A DNA stretch of 64,000 bases, taken from Octopus sinensis (Eukaryota). The stretch's first letter is position 1. Every line of letters starts with the position of its first letter. The position numbers and the translations under genes are program-made. Under the pieces are notes generated by a model that did not search any database, was not told the origin of the DNA, and saw nothing but the letters and a program-made list of their open reading frames with translations. The DNA is taken from NCBI RefSeq assembly GCF_006345805.1, contig NC_043013.1:45136001-45200000 (forward strand). Direction: 5' to 3'. Below are positions 39,900 to 52,550 of this stretch, one piece after another.

Positions 39900-41230
39900 G
39901 TGCACCAATAATTATTGGTATAAATGCAAAAATACCTTTCAACTGCTTCAAACAAACAAAGTTACAAGCTTGGCTATTTCTTTTCAAATACCCTCAGACT
40001 ATTCATTCTAGAGTTAACCTCAATCTTCAATCTTTTGGCAGGGATCCATCCGGATCTTTGGAAACAGTATGTCTCGTTCTTAAGAAAAATAACCTTTCTG
40101 ACCCCAACCATCTCTCAAACATGAAATGAACAGTGATTAACAGTCATATTACCAACACCTTGAATCCATTTTACTCTCTAACAGCTACCAATAAGGCTCC
40201 TACTCTGCTATGTCACTCACCGGTGGGTCTTTGCTTCCAAGAAATTTTTTGAAAGTATGTTGTTGCATTTGACATCAATAAAGTATTGACCCTTATCTGG
40301 AACACATGTATCCTAGCTCTAAATTGCCTACCTATGAGCTTTGTATCTCTCTCTCTCTCATCTCTTAGATTAGTAGCTTCTAGAAAAAATTCACAATCGC
40401 ACTAAGACCTTACAGAGTTCTCTTTGTGCTACTCTATCAACTCTTCTATGTCCAAGGTTCACTTTGTCCCCTAAACCTTTCCTTGAATACATGATTGACT
40501 TAGTTGAATTCACAGCCAACAACAGCCACTCCTATAAAGATGATACTCACTGTCACTCGTATTTAACATGCAATATAGACACCTTATACACACACTGATC
40601 TCATGAACAGAAACTTCAAAACCATTCTCCTATAATACATGTCAATGTTATTTCATTCAACAAAACAAAAATTTAATCATTACACATGTCAAGAAAACAA
40701 TAGTGTCCTTTTCCCCCCTAAACATTAACCCTATGCAGCTAGAACAGTCATACCCTCTGCAAATGCTAGACCTCATCACTAATGGTCTCCCCTGTTGATG
40801 TTAGATCCTCAACATATACTGAACTTCATCTTCAGGGTCAGTTCCTAACAATTACAAACCCTCCAGTGAAACCCATGTAATACTTCTCCCTTGTCTGAAA
40901 CAATACTACTGCTATTACGATTACAAATGAGTTCACTGTGAGGAAAGTTTACCATGAAAATATATCCATAGTATCTCGCCATTAATAGTGAAAAACTGCA
41001 GTGAATTGATGATGGTGAACTTACAAGACACGGCTGTTACACATACAGACATCCTAGACTGCATCTAGAAAAGGCCTCTGACTAATCATCATGAATTTAC
41101 TCGTTACCACATTCAAACCTCCAGCTCACAGATGTCTTCTCACTGTATTTCTATTGCAATGTGGTCCCTGCTCTTTAGGGTTGGCTGATCATGTGCCACC
41201 CCCAATCACGTCCAACCGACAGAGCCTCTA
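39900..41230 (+). mobile_element. Highly decayed LINE-like remnant in a FAAP20-like intron
   Basis: C-rich composition unlike the flanks and faint RT-like motif traces; no intact ORF. Confidence 0.3.
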
Positions 41231-41918
41231 CATTAGTGTTTCCCAACCATTTTTTGCCTATGGACCCCTTTGTTTCCAATTTTACTCTACTGGACCTCCG
41301 TAGCCATTCGATGTATATAAAAATAAAATACTGCTGTCTTTTTGTAATTAAATATTAGGAATTGTAAAGAAAAAGAATTAAAATATTTTGAGTATTGTAG
41401 AAGTATAAGCAATTTCATTTCTATATTTAAGAGATGGGGAATTATGAACATTATTTACATTCGACTGATATACCCTCCAGCCTTCATCAAGTGTCTTGGG
41501 GAAACAGAGATAGACACTCATTGTGACCAAAGAAAACATAAAAGACACTTGTGTGTGAACGTGTGTAACGTCATTATACTTTTCCAAGTGTTAGCTAAAC
41601 TTTCATCTTAACTAAAACACCAAAAAGTTTTTAAGTTATCAAACTTCATCCAAGTTTCCGCAAGAGTAAAATTACATAACCATATTTCGAATTTATTAGC
41701 CATACGTTACAATTTCCCTGAGGGAAATTCCGTAACCTGAGACAACCGTAAAGCGGGGGAAATCATTACTTTTTATAGAGCATAACTTAGATATTCCAGA
41801 GTTATTCCCCTTTATATGAGACGGTGAGGGTGAAATCTACTTTCGCCATGAATTAGTTTAAGAAAACAAAATCTTCAGCAGGGTTCTAAATATTTAAGAG
41901 GGTTATGAGATTAACAAC

Positions 41919-41949
<31 letters not shown>

Positions 41950-42822
41950 TTACAAAGGAAAATTGAAAGGGTGCAACGTTTAAAACTTTCCTGGGTATTT
42001 CTCGGTATAAGAACCGACTTCAACGTAGGAAGCTTGCCTTTTACTCAACACTGTCGGGAGTCCCTTCGTGGTCGCTCCACCTGCTAGATGTAGCAGCTAA
42101 ATGCCCCTTAGTTCACACCCTACCATTAAAAAAAACGGCGTAACTTCGGTATATGTACCGGATACATTTCAAGAAAGTGTTTTTTTATATATATATATGG
42201 GGGGGGGGAGGGTTACGGTTAAGGGTGGGAGAAAAGGGTTTCTGTTATCTTCAGAAATGTAAACAAAGCCACTTCCGGCACTTACGGTACTTATACCGAA
42301 GGATCGCAAAAAAAAAAAAAAAAAGAACATATTCAGCAACGTAGACCAGGGGAAAAAATGGACTGGTCATGACTGGAACGTCTTTGATCGATCATACGTA
42401 TGCTCAATGAGAGCTGGCCTGACGTTAAAAAATGAACAAATATTTTCAAAATTTTATTCCTTTGTTCTTCGACTTTCTTAATTTTCGTAATAACGATTTC
42501 AAATTTTGGCAAAAAGGACAGCAGTTACGAGGTGGGCGGGGATGGGTTGTCTATTACATCGACCCCAGAACTTGGCTGGAACTTATTTTATCGAACCTGA
42601 AAAAAAAAAAAAAAATAAAAAGCAAAGTCGACCTCGGCGGCATTTGAACTTAAAACGTAAAGCAGGAAGAAATACGGGTAAGCATGTTGTCTGGTGCACG
42701 AACCATTCCAGTGGCTGTCATCAACAAATGTTTTAAAGAATTTGTTTTGTTTAAAAGAAGACGAACTTAAAAGGCATTAACTTCATAAATAACTTTATGA
42801 GAGTTGAAGGAAATCATTATAC

Positions 42823-42959
42823 CTGTTGCCATCATTCTTACACGAAGTATCATTAAAGCTTTTATCCTTCGTAGACGAACTGCTGTCGAGTTTTGAGTCG
42901 TTACAGTCCGAGGTCGAAGATCGTTTTGAAAGTTTCAACTTTTGCCGCTTTGACGCCAT
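42823..42959 (-). CDS. FAAP20: FAAP20-like, first coding exon (ATG at 42959)
   Basis: GACATGGCG start, CAG|GTATAA donor; 137 nt, phase 2; MASKRQKLKLSKRSSTSDCNDSKLDSSSSTKDKSFNDTSCKNDGN; N-terminus resembles recalled human MEAARRPRLGLSRR; phase fits the next exon. Confidence 0.75.
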
Positions 42960-43011
42960 GTCAGACACTCAAGGGAGACAACTGCTAGAAAAAAACCCAT
43001 TAAATAGTGAA

Positions 43012-43608
43012 TGGATCTCCGTCGAGTGTTTGTCAAAAGGAGGAATCGCAGGTGTTACCCAATTAAAGTATACCTACATAAGTGTGCCTTCCCCATGGCA
43101 TTCGGAAAAATGGATAGTCTTTAATGAAAACTTTCTACAATTACGTTTCAGATGGTGTACATTACGATCATGTCAGAATTTAATATGAAAAAAAAAAAGA
43201 TAAAATTTTGGTGGGAGATGATGAAGGAGGAGTTTTGGATATTTCACACGAACCAATGTTATTTCTTTAAAACTTTCAGAAAAATTGGCATTGGATCTCC
43301 GTGGAGTGTTTGTCAAAAGGAGGAATCGCAGGTGTTACCCAATTAAAGTATACCTACATAAGTGTGTCTTCCCCATGGCATTCGGAAAAATGGATAGTCT
43401 TTAATGAAAACTTTTTACAATTACGTTTCAGATGGTGTAGATTACGAATGCCCCAGCATGGCCGCAGCCTTCGGGCTAAAACATTTTTAAGGATTTAAGG
43501 ATGAAAAAAAAAAAAGAGGAAAATTTCGGTGGGAGATGATGAAGGAGAAGTTTCGGATATTTCACATGAACCAATGTTATTTCTTAAAAACTTTGAGAAA
43601 AATTGGCA
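43012..43608. repeat. Tandem duplication, 280-bp unit (43012-43291; 43292-43608, second copy interrupted by a ~50-bp SINE-tail piece)
   Basis: TGGATCTCCGT.GAGTGTTTGTCAAAAGGAGG starts at 43012 and 43292; both copies end AAAAATTGGCA. Confidence 0.9.
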
Positions 43609-44636
43609 CTTTTAATTAAAATTTTCTACAAATACATTTCACATAGTATAGATTACGATTATATTGAAATTTAACGTGGAAAAAAGAAAAGAAAAGAAAA
43701 AGAAAAGAGTGAAACTGGTGGGCGCATCACAATTTTTTCAAAATTTCAACTTTCCTTTTGTAGATCTAATTGTGATGTATATTAGTATGTATATATGCGC
43801 GCCCACCATATATTCATTTTTTTTTTCACATTAAACTCCGATATAATCTGAGAGGTATTTGTAAAAAAATTCAGTAATAAATACCTATTTTTCTGAAAGT
43901 TATGAGGAAACAAATAGATTATTATGAATTATCCGAAAATTCTCTCCCTCATCCCACTGTGAAAACATTTTAACAACAATTTCCGATATAATCGGTATCT
44001 AGACAGACTGAACAATATCTGTAGAAAAACTTCATTAGAAAATATCGATTTTTGTGAAAGTTATGAGGAAACAAATCGTCGGGGTCTGGGAGCACACTCA
44101 TTTGCATATGACTGAAACTTTTTGTCCTCCTTTCTAACCATTGAAAAGATAAAATGGTTTCGAAGAACTTTCAAAATAAGCTGCATGAATATAATGAATT
44201 TTTCTCTTTTTTTCCCCATATTTTTGGTGGTTGTGTGTAAGCATATACACATAAGTGCAACGCTTTTCATTGTTTACTAACGATGCCCACATTTTGTGTA
44301 TGAATAATATATATCATATACGCAACAAAAAGGAAATTCTAAATCGTTGTAAGTGGCTTAGGGTCGTGAGTTCAATTCCTGGCGAGGCGTTGTGTCCTTG
44401 AGCAAGACACTTTATTTCACGTTGCTCCAGTCCACTCAGCTGGCAAAAATGAGTTGTACATGTATTTCAAAGGGCCGGCCTTGTCCCATTCTGTGTAACG
44501 CTGAATCACCCTGAGAACTACATTAAGGGTACATGTGTCTGTGGATTGCTCAGTCACTTGCGTTTTAATTTCACGAGCAAGCTATTCCGTTGATCGTATC
44601 AGCTGGGACCCTCGTCGTCGTAACCGACGGAGTGCT

Positions 44637-44705
<69 letters not shown>

Positions 44706-45249
44706 TATACTATACTATGTATATATATGTCTGTCAGAACATCATCTATGAACGCTAGTTGTTGTCGTCTGCTAATTGTTCTGCTAGCGTTCATAGATGA
44801 TGTTCTGACAGACATATATATAACAATTAGCAGACGACAACAACTAGCGTTCATAATATTCTTTCTACTACAGGCACAAGGCCTGAAATATTTTAGGAGT
44901 CATCAGTTGGGTCGGGGCTAGTCAATTACATCGACTCCAATAGTCGACTGGTACTTATTTTATCGATCCTCAAAAGGATAAAAAGCAAGTCAGTGTCGGT
45001 AACGATTACTGCCAGCTTGCCGCTTTGATTATTCTACTAGTATCATAACAGTCTAACGTTCCCCATTTCCAACCCATTGAACTTTCAAGGGCTTACTGGG
45101 GGTACTGTCGTGGCTGTGGCGAATGACACCGATAAAGGTCATCTGTTTCTAGCTTCAGTCGTTTCTGTAGCCTTAGCAGAACCGTCATTGGGATTGATGT
45201 CCAATTTGCTGGATGGCTTGTTTCTTTAAATGTATCTAGTCAAGCGTTT

Positions 45250-45259
45250 CCGCCATTTT
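45250..45259 (-). promoter_or_regulatory. YY1-type motif (CCGCCATTTT) marking a candidate promoter/TSS of the FAAP20-like gene
   Basis: Match to the YY1 consensus CCGCCATNTT inside a non-repetitive, relatively CpG-rich patch (~45100-45260); function inferred only. Confidence 0.35.
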
Positions 45260-45377
45260 CCCTAGAAAATATGTTTGTTTATTGATTTATGTATTTATTT
45301 ATTGTGTGTATGTATGAGTGTGTGTGTGGTGTCTATTTTTCCTTTGAGTTTTGTTTCGTTCTTGGTTGCGTGGTTGG

Positions 45378-45448
<71 letters not shown>

Positions 45449-45528
45449 TGTGTGTGTTGACGTGAGAAGAGTATATGACAGAATAATTAATCCTATATTA
45501 TTGACACTCATAGAAAACCTGATGGCAT

Positions 45529-45960
45529 TAAAAGCTTTAATGATACTTCATGTAAGAATGATGGCAACAGGTATAATGATTTCCTTCAACTCTCATAAAG
45601 TTATTTATGAAGTTAATGCCTTTTACGTTCGTTTTCCTTTTAATAAAACAAATTCTTTAAAACATTTGTTGATGACAGCCACTGGAATGGTTCGTGCGCC
45701 AGACAACATGCTTGGCGGTATTTCTTCCTGCTTTACGTTTTAAGTTCAAATGCCGCCAAGGTCGAGTTTGCTTTTTATTTATTTTTTTTTTTTTCAGGGT
45801 CGATAAAATAAGTTCCAGCCAAGTTCTGGGGTCGATGTAATAGACAACCCATCCCCGCCCACCTCGTAACTGCTGTCCTTTTGCCAAAATTTGAAATCGT
45901 TATTACGAAAATTAAGAAGGTCGAAGAACAAAGGAATAAAATTTTGAAAATGTTTGTTCA
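45529..45960 (+). repeat. Inverted duplicate of 42433-42864 (3' part of FAAP20-like first coding exon, donor site and start of intron, including a SINE)
   Basis: Reverse-complement match over ~430 bp with scattered substitutions; donor CAG|GTATAA retained at 45571. Confidence 0.92.
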
Positions 45961-46186
45961 GTTTATGCACTAAAATCAGGACCGGCAGATAATCAAAAGC
46001 ACCATTGATCATTGACTTCAGAGTCAGTGTTAAATTGACATTTACAAGACAATAATGGAGAAAGGCAGGTGGAGAAACAAAGATCACTTTCCTAAAAATT
46101 GGTCTGGTATCTGATCAGTTACATTTTAAACGATGAAAAGATAGAGATGGCGATAAGGGCGTATATATATATATATATATATTATC

Positions 46187-46500
46187 TTTTTACTTGTTTC
46201 AGTCATTAAACTACGGTCATGCTGGGGCACCACCTTGAAGAATTTTTAGTCGAACAAATCAACCCCAGGACGTATTTTTCGAAGCCTGGTGCTTATTCTA
46301 TTCGTCTCCTTTGCCGAATCGTTAAGTTAAAGGCATGCAAGCACACCAGTACCGATTATTAAGCAGGGGCGGGACAGACAGACAGACTGACAGATACACA
46401 CACACACACACACAAAACGGTCTTCTTTCAGTTTCCGTCTACCAAATCCACACAAGGCTTTGGTCGGCTCAGGGATGTAGTAGAACACAGTTGCCCAAGG
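46187..46500 (-). mobile_element. SINE family 1, lacking the head
   Basis: TTTTACTTGTTTCAGTC...CAGTTTCCGTCTACCAAATCC...TTGCCCAAGGT. Confidence 0.8.
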
Positions 46501-46516
46501 TACATATATATATAAA

Positions 46517-47427
46517 GTAGCAGTATCGCCCGGCGTTGCTCGGGTTTGTTTCGACCCGCTGGAATTGGAATTTTTGAAAAGTAAAAATTTTGCTTGTCTA
46601 TGTGTGTGTGTGAGGAGTAAATCGTTATGTATTTATTTTGTTCTGTTTCCTGTCTGTCTTTAAAAAAAATTTTTTTTTTTGAGGAGTGGTTTAAGCATTA
46701 ATAAGAGAAAGTAGCAGAATGTATGATGTTGAATAAGAGTGGTAGAAAGAGGATATGATAGTGGTATACACTTGCAAAGAGAAAATAGCAGAAAGTGTGG
46801 TAGGTTTAAGGTACACTTGCAAAGAGAAAGTAGGAGAAAGTGTGGTAATAGAAGGAGTAAAGCATTTGAAATGAGAGAGGCAAATCGTAAAATATTGAGT
46901 TTTCTCGAATTTTTGCTTAATTGGGGGTGAAATTGAAAGAAATTTATATGCCATGACCTAATGGAATCTACTTCGAAAAATCATAGGTAAATTCCAATTG
47001 AAGAAATTGTGTGAGGAGTAAATCGTTATGTATTTCTTTGTTTCTGTTTCCTCTGTTTATTTTTTTTTAGGAGTGATTTGCAAAGAGAAAGTAGATGTAT
47101 ATGTTTGCGTGTGTATGTGTGTGAGGAGTAAATCCTTATGTATTTATTTTTTTCTCTGTTTCCTACTTGCAAAGAGAAAGTAGGAGAGAGTGTGGTAATA
47201 GAAGGAGTAAAGCATTTGAAATGAGAGAGGCAAATCGTAAAACATTGAGTTTTCTCAAATTTTTGCTTAATTGGGGGTGAAATTGAAAAAAATTTATATG
47301 CCATGACCCAATCGAATCTACTTCGAAAAATCATAGGTAAATTCCAATTGAAGAAATTCTATATTGTACAATTGTATTAAAAACAAACATAGTAACAGGA
47401 AGAGAAAATCTGCCTTTTATCATAAGA
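46517..47427 (-). mobile_element. Non-autonomous Helitron, family B-like 3' end, with internal ~200-bp duplication
   Basis: Minus-strand 3' end AAACCCGAGCAACGCCGGGCGATACTGCTAC|T; 5' TCTTATGATAAAAGG; ~46810-47020 repeated at ~47165-47360. Confidence 0.7.
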
Positions 47428-48715
<1,288 letters not shown>

Positions 48716-49489
48716 GTATATAAAATATATAACGAAGAGAATAACTAGGAGTTTCCATGAGACAATCAGCTGCGCACCAAAGTGCCGACTTATAGTCGGA
48801 GTAAGGTACCAGCGATATGGAAAGTAAAGTCCGTGCATGTCACTGGCTGCGAAACGGCGTCGTTGAAAAGGCCCCAAATGGTCAAAATGCTTCCGACTCT
48901 TCTGGCTGGTCGCTTCTGGAATCAATTTTCGTCTCACACAGTTATCTATTGTTTTTTAATACAGCAACTCCTCAAGAGATGTTATCTCAGAACAAATATT
49001 GTAATAACAGGCCTTTCAGCCGATCAACAGTGTATGTACATAATGATACGTAAATGGTTGTGTGTGTGTGTGTGTGTGTGTGTATAAGGCGGCGAGCTGG
49101 CAGAAACGTCAAGAGAGACTTCACCTGTCCTTGTCGCACCGCGCCATGCCTGGAAGAGAAACGCCCTCAAGCTAACCGACATTGGGCAGATTGAAGTCTC
49201 CCATAAGATGTACACTTATGTGTTGTTCTATTTTTGTAAGGTAGACTTCAAATTTGTCTGCGTGATTCGGAGCATCTGAAGGGCGATATGTAGTATCGAA
49301 ATCGTAGCCTGTCTAGCACCTATGCTGGTGGCACGTAGTAAGCACCATTCGAGCGTGAGTCGATGCTAGTGTCGCCTGACTGGCTTCCCGTGCCGGTGAC
49401 ACGTGAAAAGCATCATGCGAACGTGGTCGATACCAGTGCTCCCTGACTGGCCTCCGTGCCGGTGGCACGTAAAAAGCACCATCCAGAGA

Positions 49490-51771
49490 TTCAGATCGCT
49501 GATATGTCATTTACTTGTCAGTTCTACTACGCCAAGAGATGGTAAGGAGAAAATTCTGGAATGTGTTGCTCCAATGGGAAGATCCAATTCCGCCCTCCTC
49601 CCTTTGAAGATCCATCACAACTGTTGAAGATTCTACTTACAGGTACAACAGCAGAGTCGAAGCACTTCCTCTATAACATTTGAAAGTACAATTGGGCATT
49701 TCAAATGACCTCTTTTGGAGCAAATATTGTCAGAGAAGGTGGATTTATACCCACTTTCGAAGTGCAGGGACAGGTTTATCAACCTCTGGAAAATGGAGAG
49801 CCTCGATTTCTTCAGCTGTACTTCATTGGAAACTATCATGAGCAAGCAGGGAAGTGAAACCCCATTTCACCTGGTACTGACATGGAGCTCATTCTGCAAC
49901 TTCTTATGATGCATTCTAGAAACAGCTATGTCCAAAGCTTCCGGTATGCTTTGGAAATAGAAACTACGCCATATCTTACCGTTGTACTAAATGCTGACTA
50001 AATGCCATTTGGGGAGCACGCAGGCCGCTATAATGCACCAACATGCAATGAGATTGCTGTTGTCCTCCATGGTGACCAGTACAAGAGCAGAGATATTGTT
50101 CTCAAGCGTCGGGACAACACGCTACAGAGGATCTGTGAAATGCAAAGATCCTACGATGCACTTCAGTATCCTCTTCTCTTTGTAAATGGTGAGAATGGTT
50201 ATCATTATGGCATTCCAAAGCGCAGCACCAAAAATGCTGGAGACAAATCAGCTTCATTATGGAATTCTACGCGTACCGCTTTATGAAACGCAAGAACTGC
50301 TTCAACCACCTACACCGGTCACAAGAACTCTACCACCAAGTTGCAGTTGATATGAGTGCAAAAATGGAGTCTGAGAGATTGGGGTTCATCAGATTAAATC
50401 AGAAAAAAAACTGCGTTGTGACATCTACATCCACTTTCGAGATGATATCGACAATGAGGCAGCTCCCGGAAGCATTGGAAAGTTTTCCGCCTTCCATCTA
50501 CTTTTACATGAGGTCCCCGCTATATGCACGAGAGGACCCAGGATGCAATGACATATGTACGGCATTATGGGAGACCTGATCTATTTATCACCTTCGTATG
50601 CAATCCTAAGTGGCAGGAGGTCAGTAATGAACTATTCGTGGGCAAAAGCCCAAACAGGCATGGCCTCATGGCCAGAGTCTTTCGGCTAATGTTGATTAAA
50701 CTGAAGGACCTCATCATAAAAGGTCAGGTATTTGGACACGTGAAATGTGACATGTACACTGTGGAATGGCAAAAAAGGGGCCTTCCTCATGCTCATATCC
50801 TGATTTTGTTGTTGGCCAAGATCAACTCCAACGACATCGATAATATTATCTCTGCCGAACTACCAAATCCATCCACTGATAGGAAACTATACTATAGTGA
50901 AGTCAAACATGGTGCATGGCCCATGTGGACGTAGCTTCAACTTAAACTAGTCTTGTCTGAAGGACAATGTGTACACCAAAAACTTTCCCCCGATATTTTC
51001 TTCAGGAAACACAGACTGGTCATGACGGGAATCCATCATATAGGCGAAGAAAACCCGAATATGGAGGATTTACTGCTAAGGTTGGACAGTACGAAGTTGA
51101 TAACAGATGGATAGTCCCCTACTGTTCACTCCTACTCAGGACATTCAGCGCCTACACCAATGTTGAATTTTGCAGCTCTTTAAAATCTATCCATTGATAG
51201 ACTACTTGCTCCAATAAGCTCATAATTTGTGTAAATGTCAACATTAAATGGGTATGACGAAAATCTCGTCAAGATGTGGATGGACATCCTGGTAATTGCT
51301 TTGGAAGAGTTTACACATTCCATCCCACTCAATAGGAGTGTTTACAGGATCTGAAAACCTTTGATAACTAGATATGGGGAACATACCGAGATGCCTGTTT
51401 CAAGCACGGGTTGCTAGAAGATGGGGCACAGTGTCATGCAACGCTGGCAGAGGCCGCTGCATCAAAGTCCCCCAAAGGTCTCAGGGCGTTGTTTGCAGTG
51501 ATATTGCAAATATGCATGTTATGTGATCCCAGTTCTTTGTGGTTCAAGTACAGGGATGTGGAAAGGGAGACGACGTCTTCATACAGAAGATTCCTCTTAT
51601 TCTGTCAGAAGCGAAAATCCCTTTTACTTTCAGGCGGTTGCAATTTCCAGTTCGTGTAAGCTTTGCGATGTCTAGCAACAAATCACTGGGGCAGCACTGG
51701 TCGTTAGACTAGAAATTAAGTGTTCTTAGAATGACAGTGTTCGCAACCCGAGCAACGCCGGGTACTTCTAA
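49490..51771 (+). mobile_element. Decayed Helitron (Rep/helicase pseudogene) with preserved 3' terminus
   Basis: Frameshifted pieces GMCCSNGKI..., SKHFL..FQMTSFGA, YDALQYPLLF, GRPDLFITFVCNPKW, HUH motif YTVEWQKRGLPHAHIL, VDNRWIVPY, LRALFAVIL; 3' hairpin ACCCGAGCAACGCCGGGT then CTAA|T at 51768-51772; helicase region largely deleted; 5' boundary uncertain. Confidence 0.93.
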
Positions 51772-51774
51772 TAT

Positions 51775-51978
51775 GCTGATTCGTTAGCTACTGCACGCAT
51801 TTTTTTTCTCTCCTTCTTTCTGTGTTTTTTTTCTCTCTGTGTATCTTTCTGTTGAAGAGCGTAGGCTCGAAACGTTAAAGACTTGTTTTATTTATATTTC
51901 CTGAGCGCCATACTAATACAATTGTTCGTTTGTTTTCCACTTGCCTTCGTCTTTTGTCTATTTTCATAAAGCTTCCCG

Positions 51979-51980
<2 letters not shown>
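51775..51980 (+). mobile_element. Penelope-like element terminal repeat carrying a minimal hammerhead motif
   Basis: TCTTT-CTGTTGA-A-GAGC gtag GCTC-GAAA-CGTT-AAAGA at 51844-51881, followed by a (TA)n tract. Confidence 0.6.
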
Positions 51981-52062
<82 letters not shown>

Positions 52063-52085
52063 ATACACATACATATACACACACA

Positions 52086-52170
<85 letters not shown>

Positions 52171-52474
52171 TAACATATATATAGGATTGGCCAAAGGTCA
52201 CCCGACAGTAAATCAAAATTCCATAAATATTTAATATTCAATTTAATTTATTCATTCCAGTTATGAATGTTTAATAATTGAATACTGTGAGTTAAAATCA
52301 CCATTTTTCCCAACATTTGTCTATTTATTAGCGAAGTCTTATATAAAATAATTTTTTGTATATATATACACCTTCATCTCTGCTTCTTCCTTCTTTGTTA
52401 TCTAATTAATTAAAGACATACCAGCGAAAACCACGAGCTTCCCAATGTTATTACATCCATTTTCTTCTCATATA

Positions 52475-52550
<76 letters not shown>

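Noticed and set aside
42826-43188. 120-aa plus-strand ORF
   Set aside because: Antisense to the FAAP20-like first coding exon and running into the tandem repeat; no recognisable domain
45097-45256. Pseudogenised paralog of the FAAP20-like N-terminus (MA.KR...SKLD resemblance)
   Set aside because: Needs a frameshift and crosses two stops; similarity too weak to support
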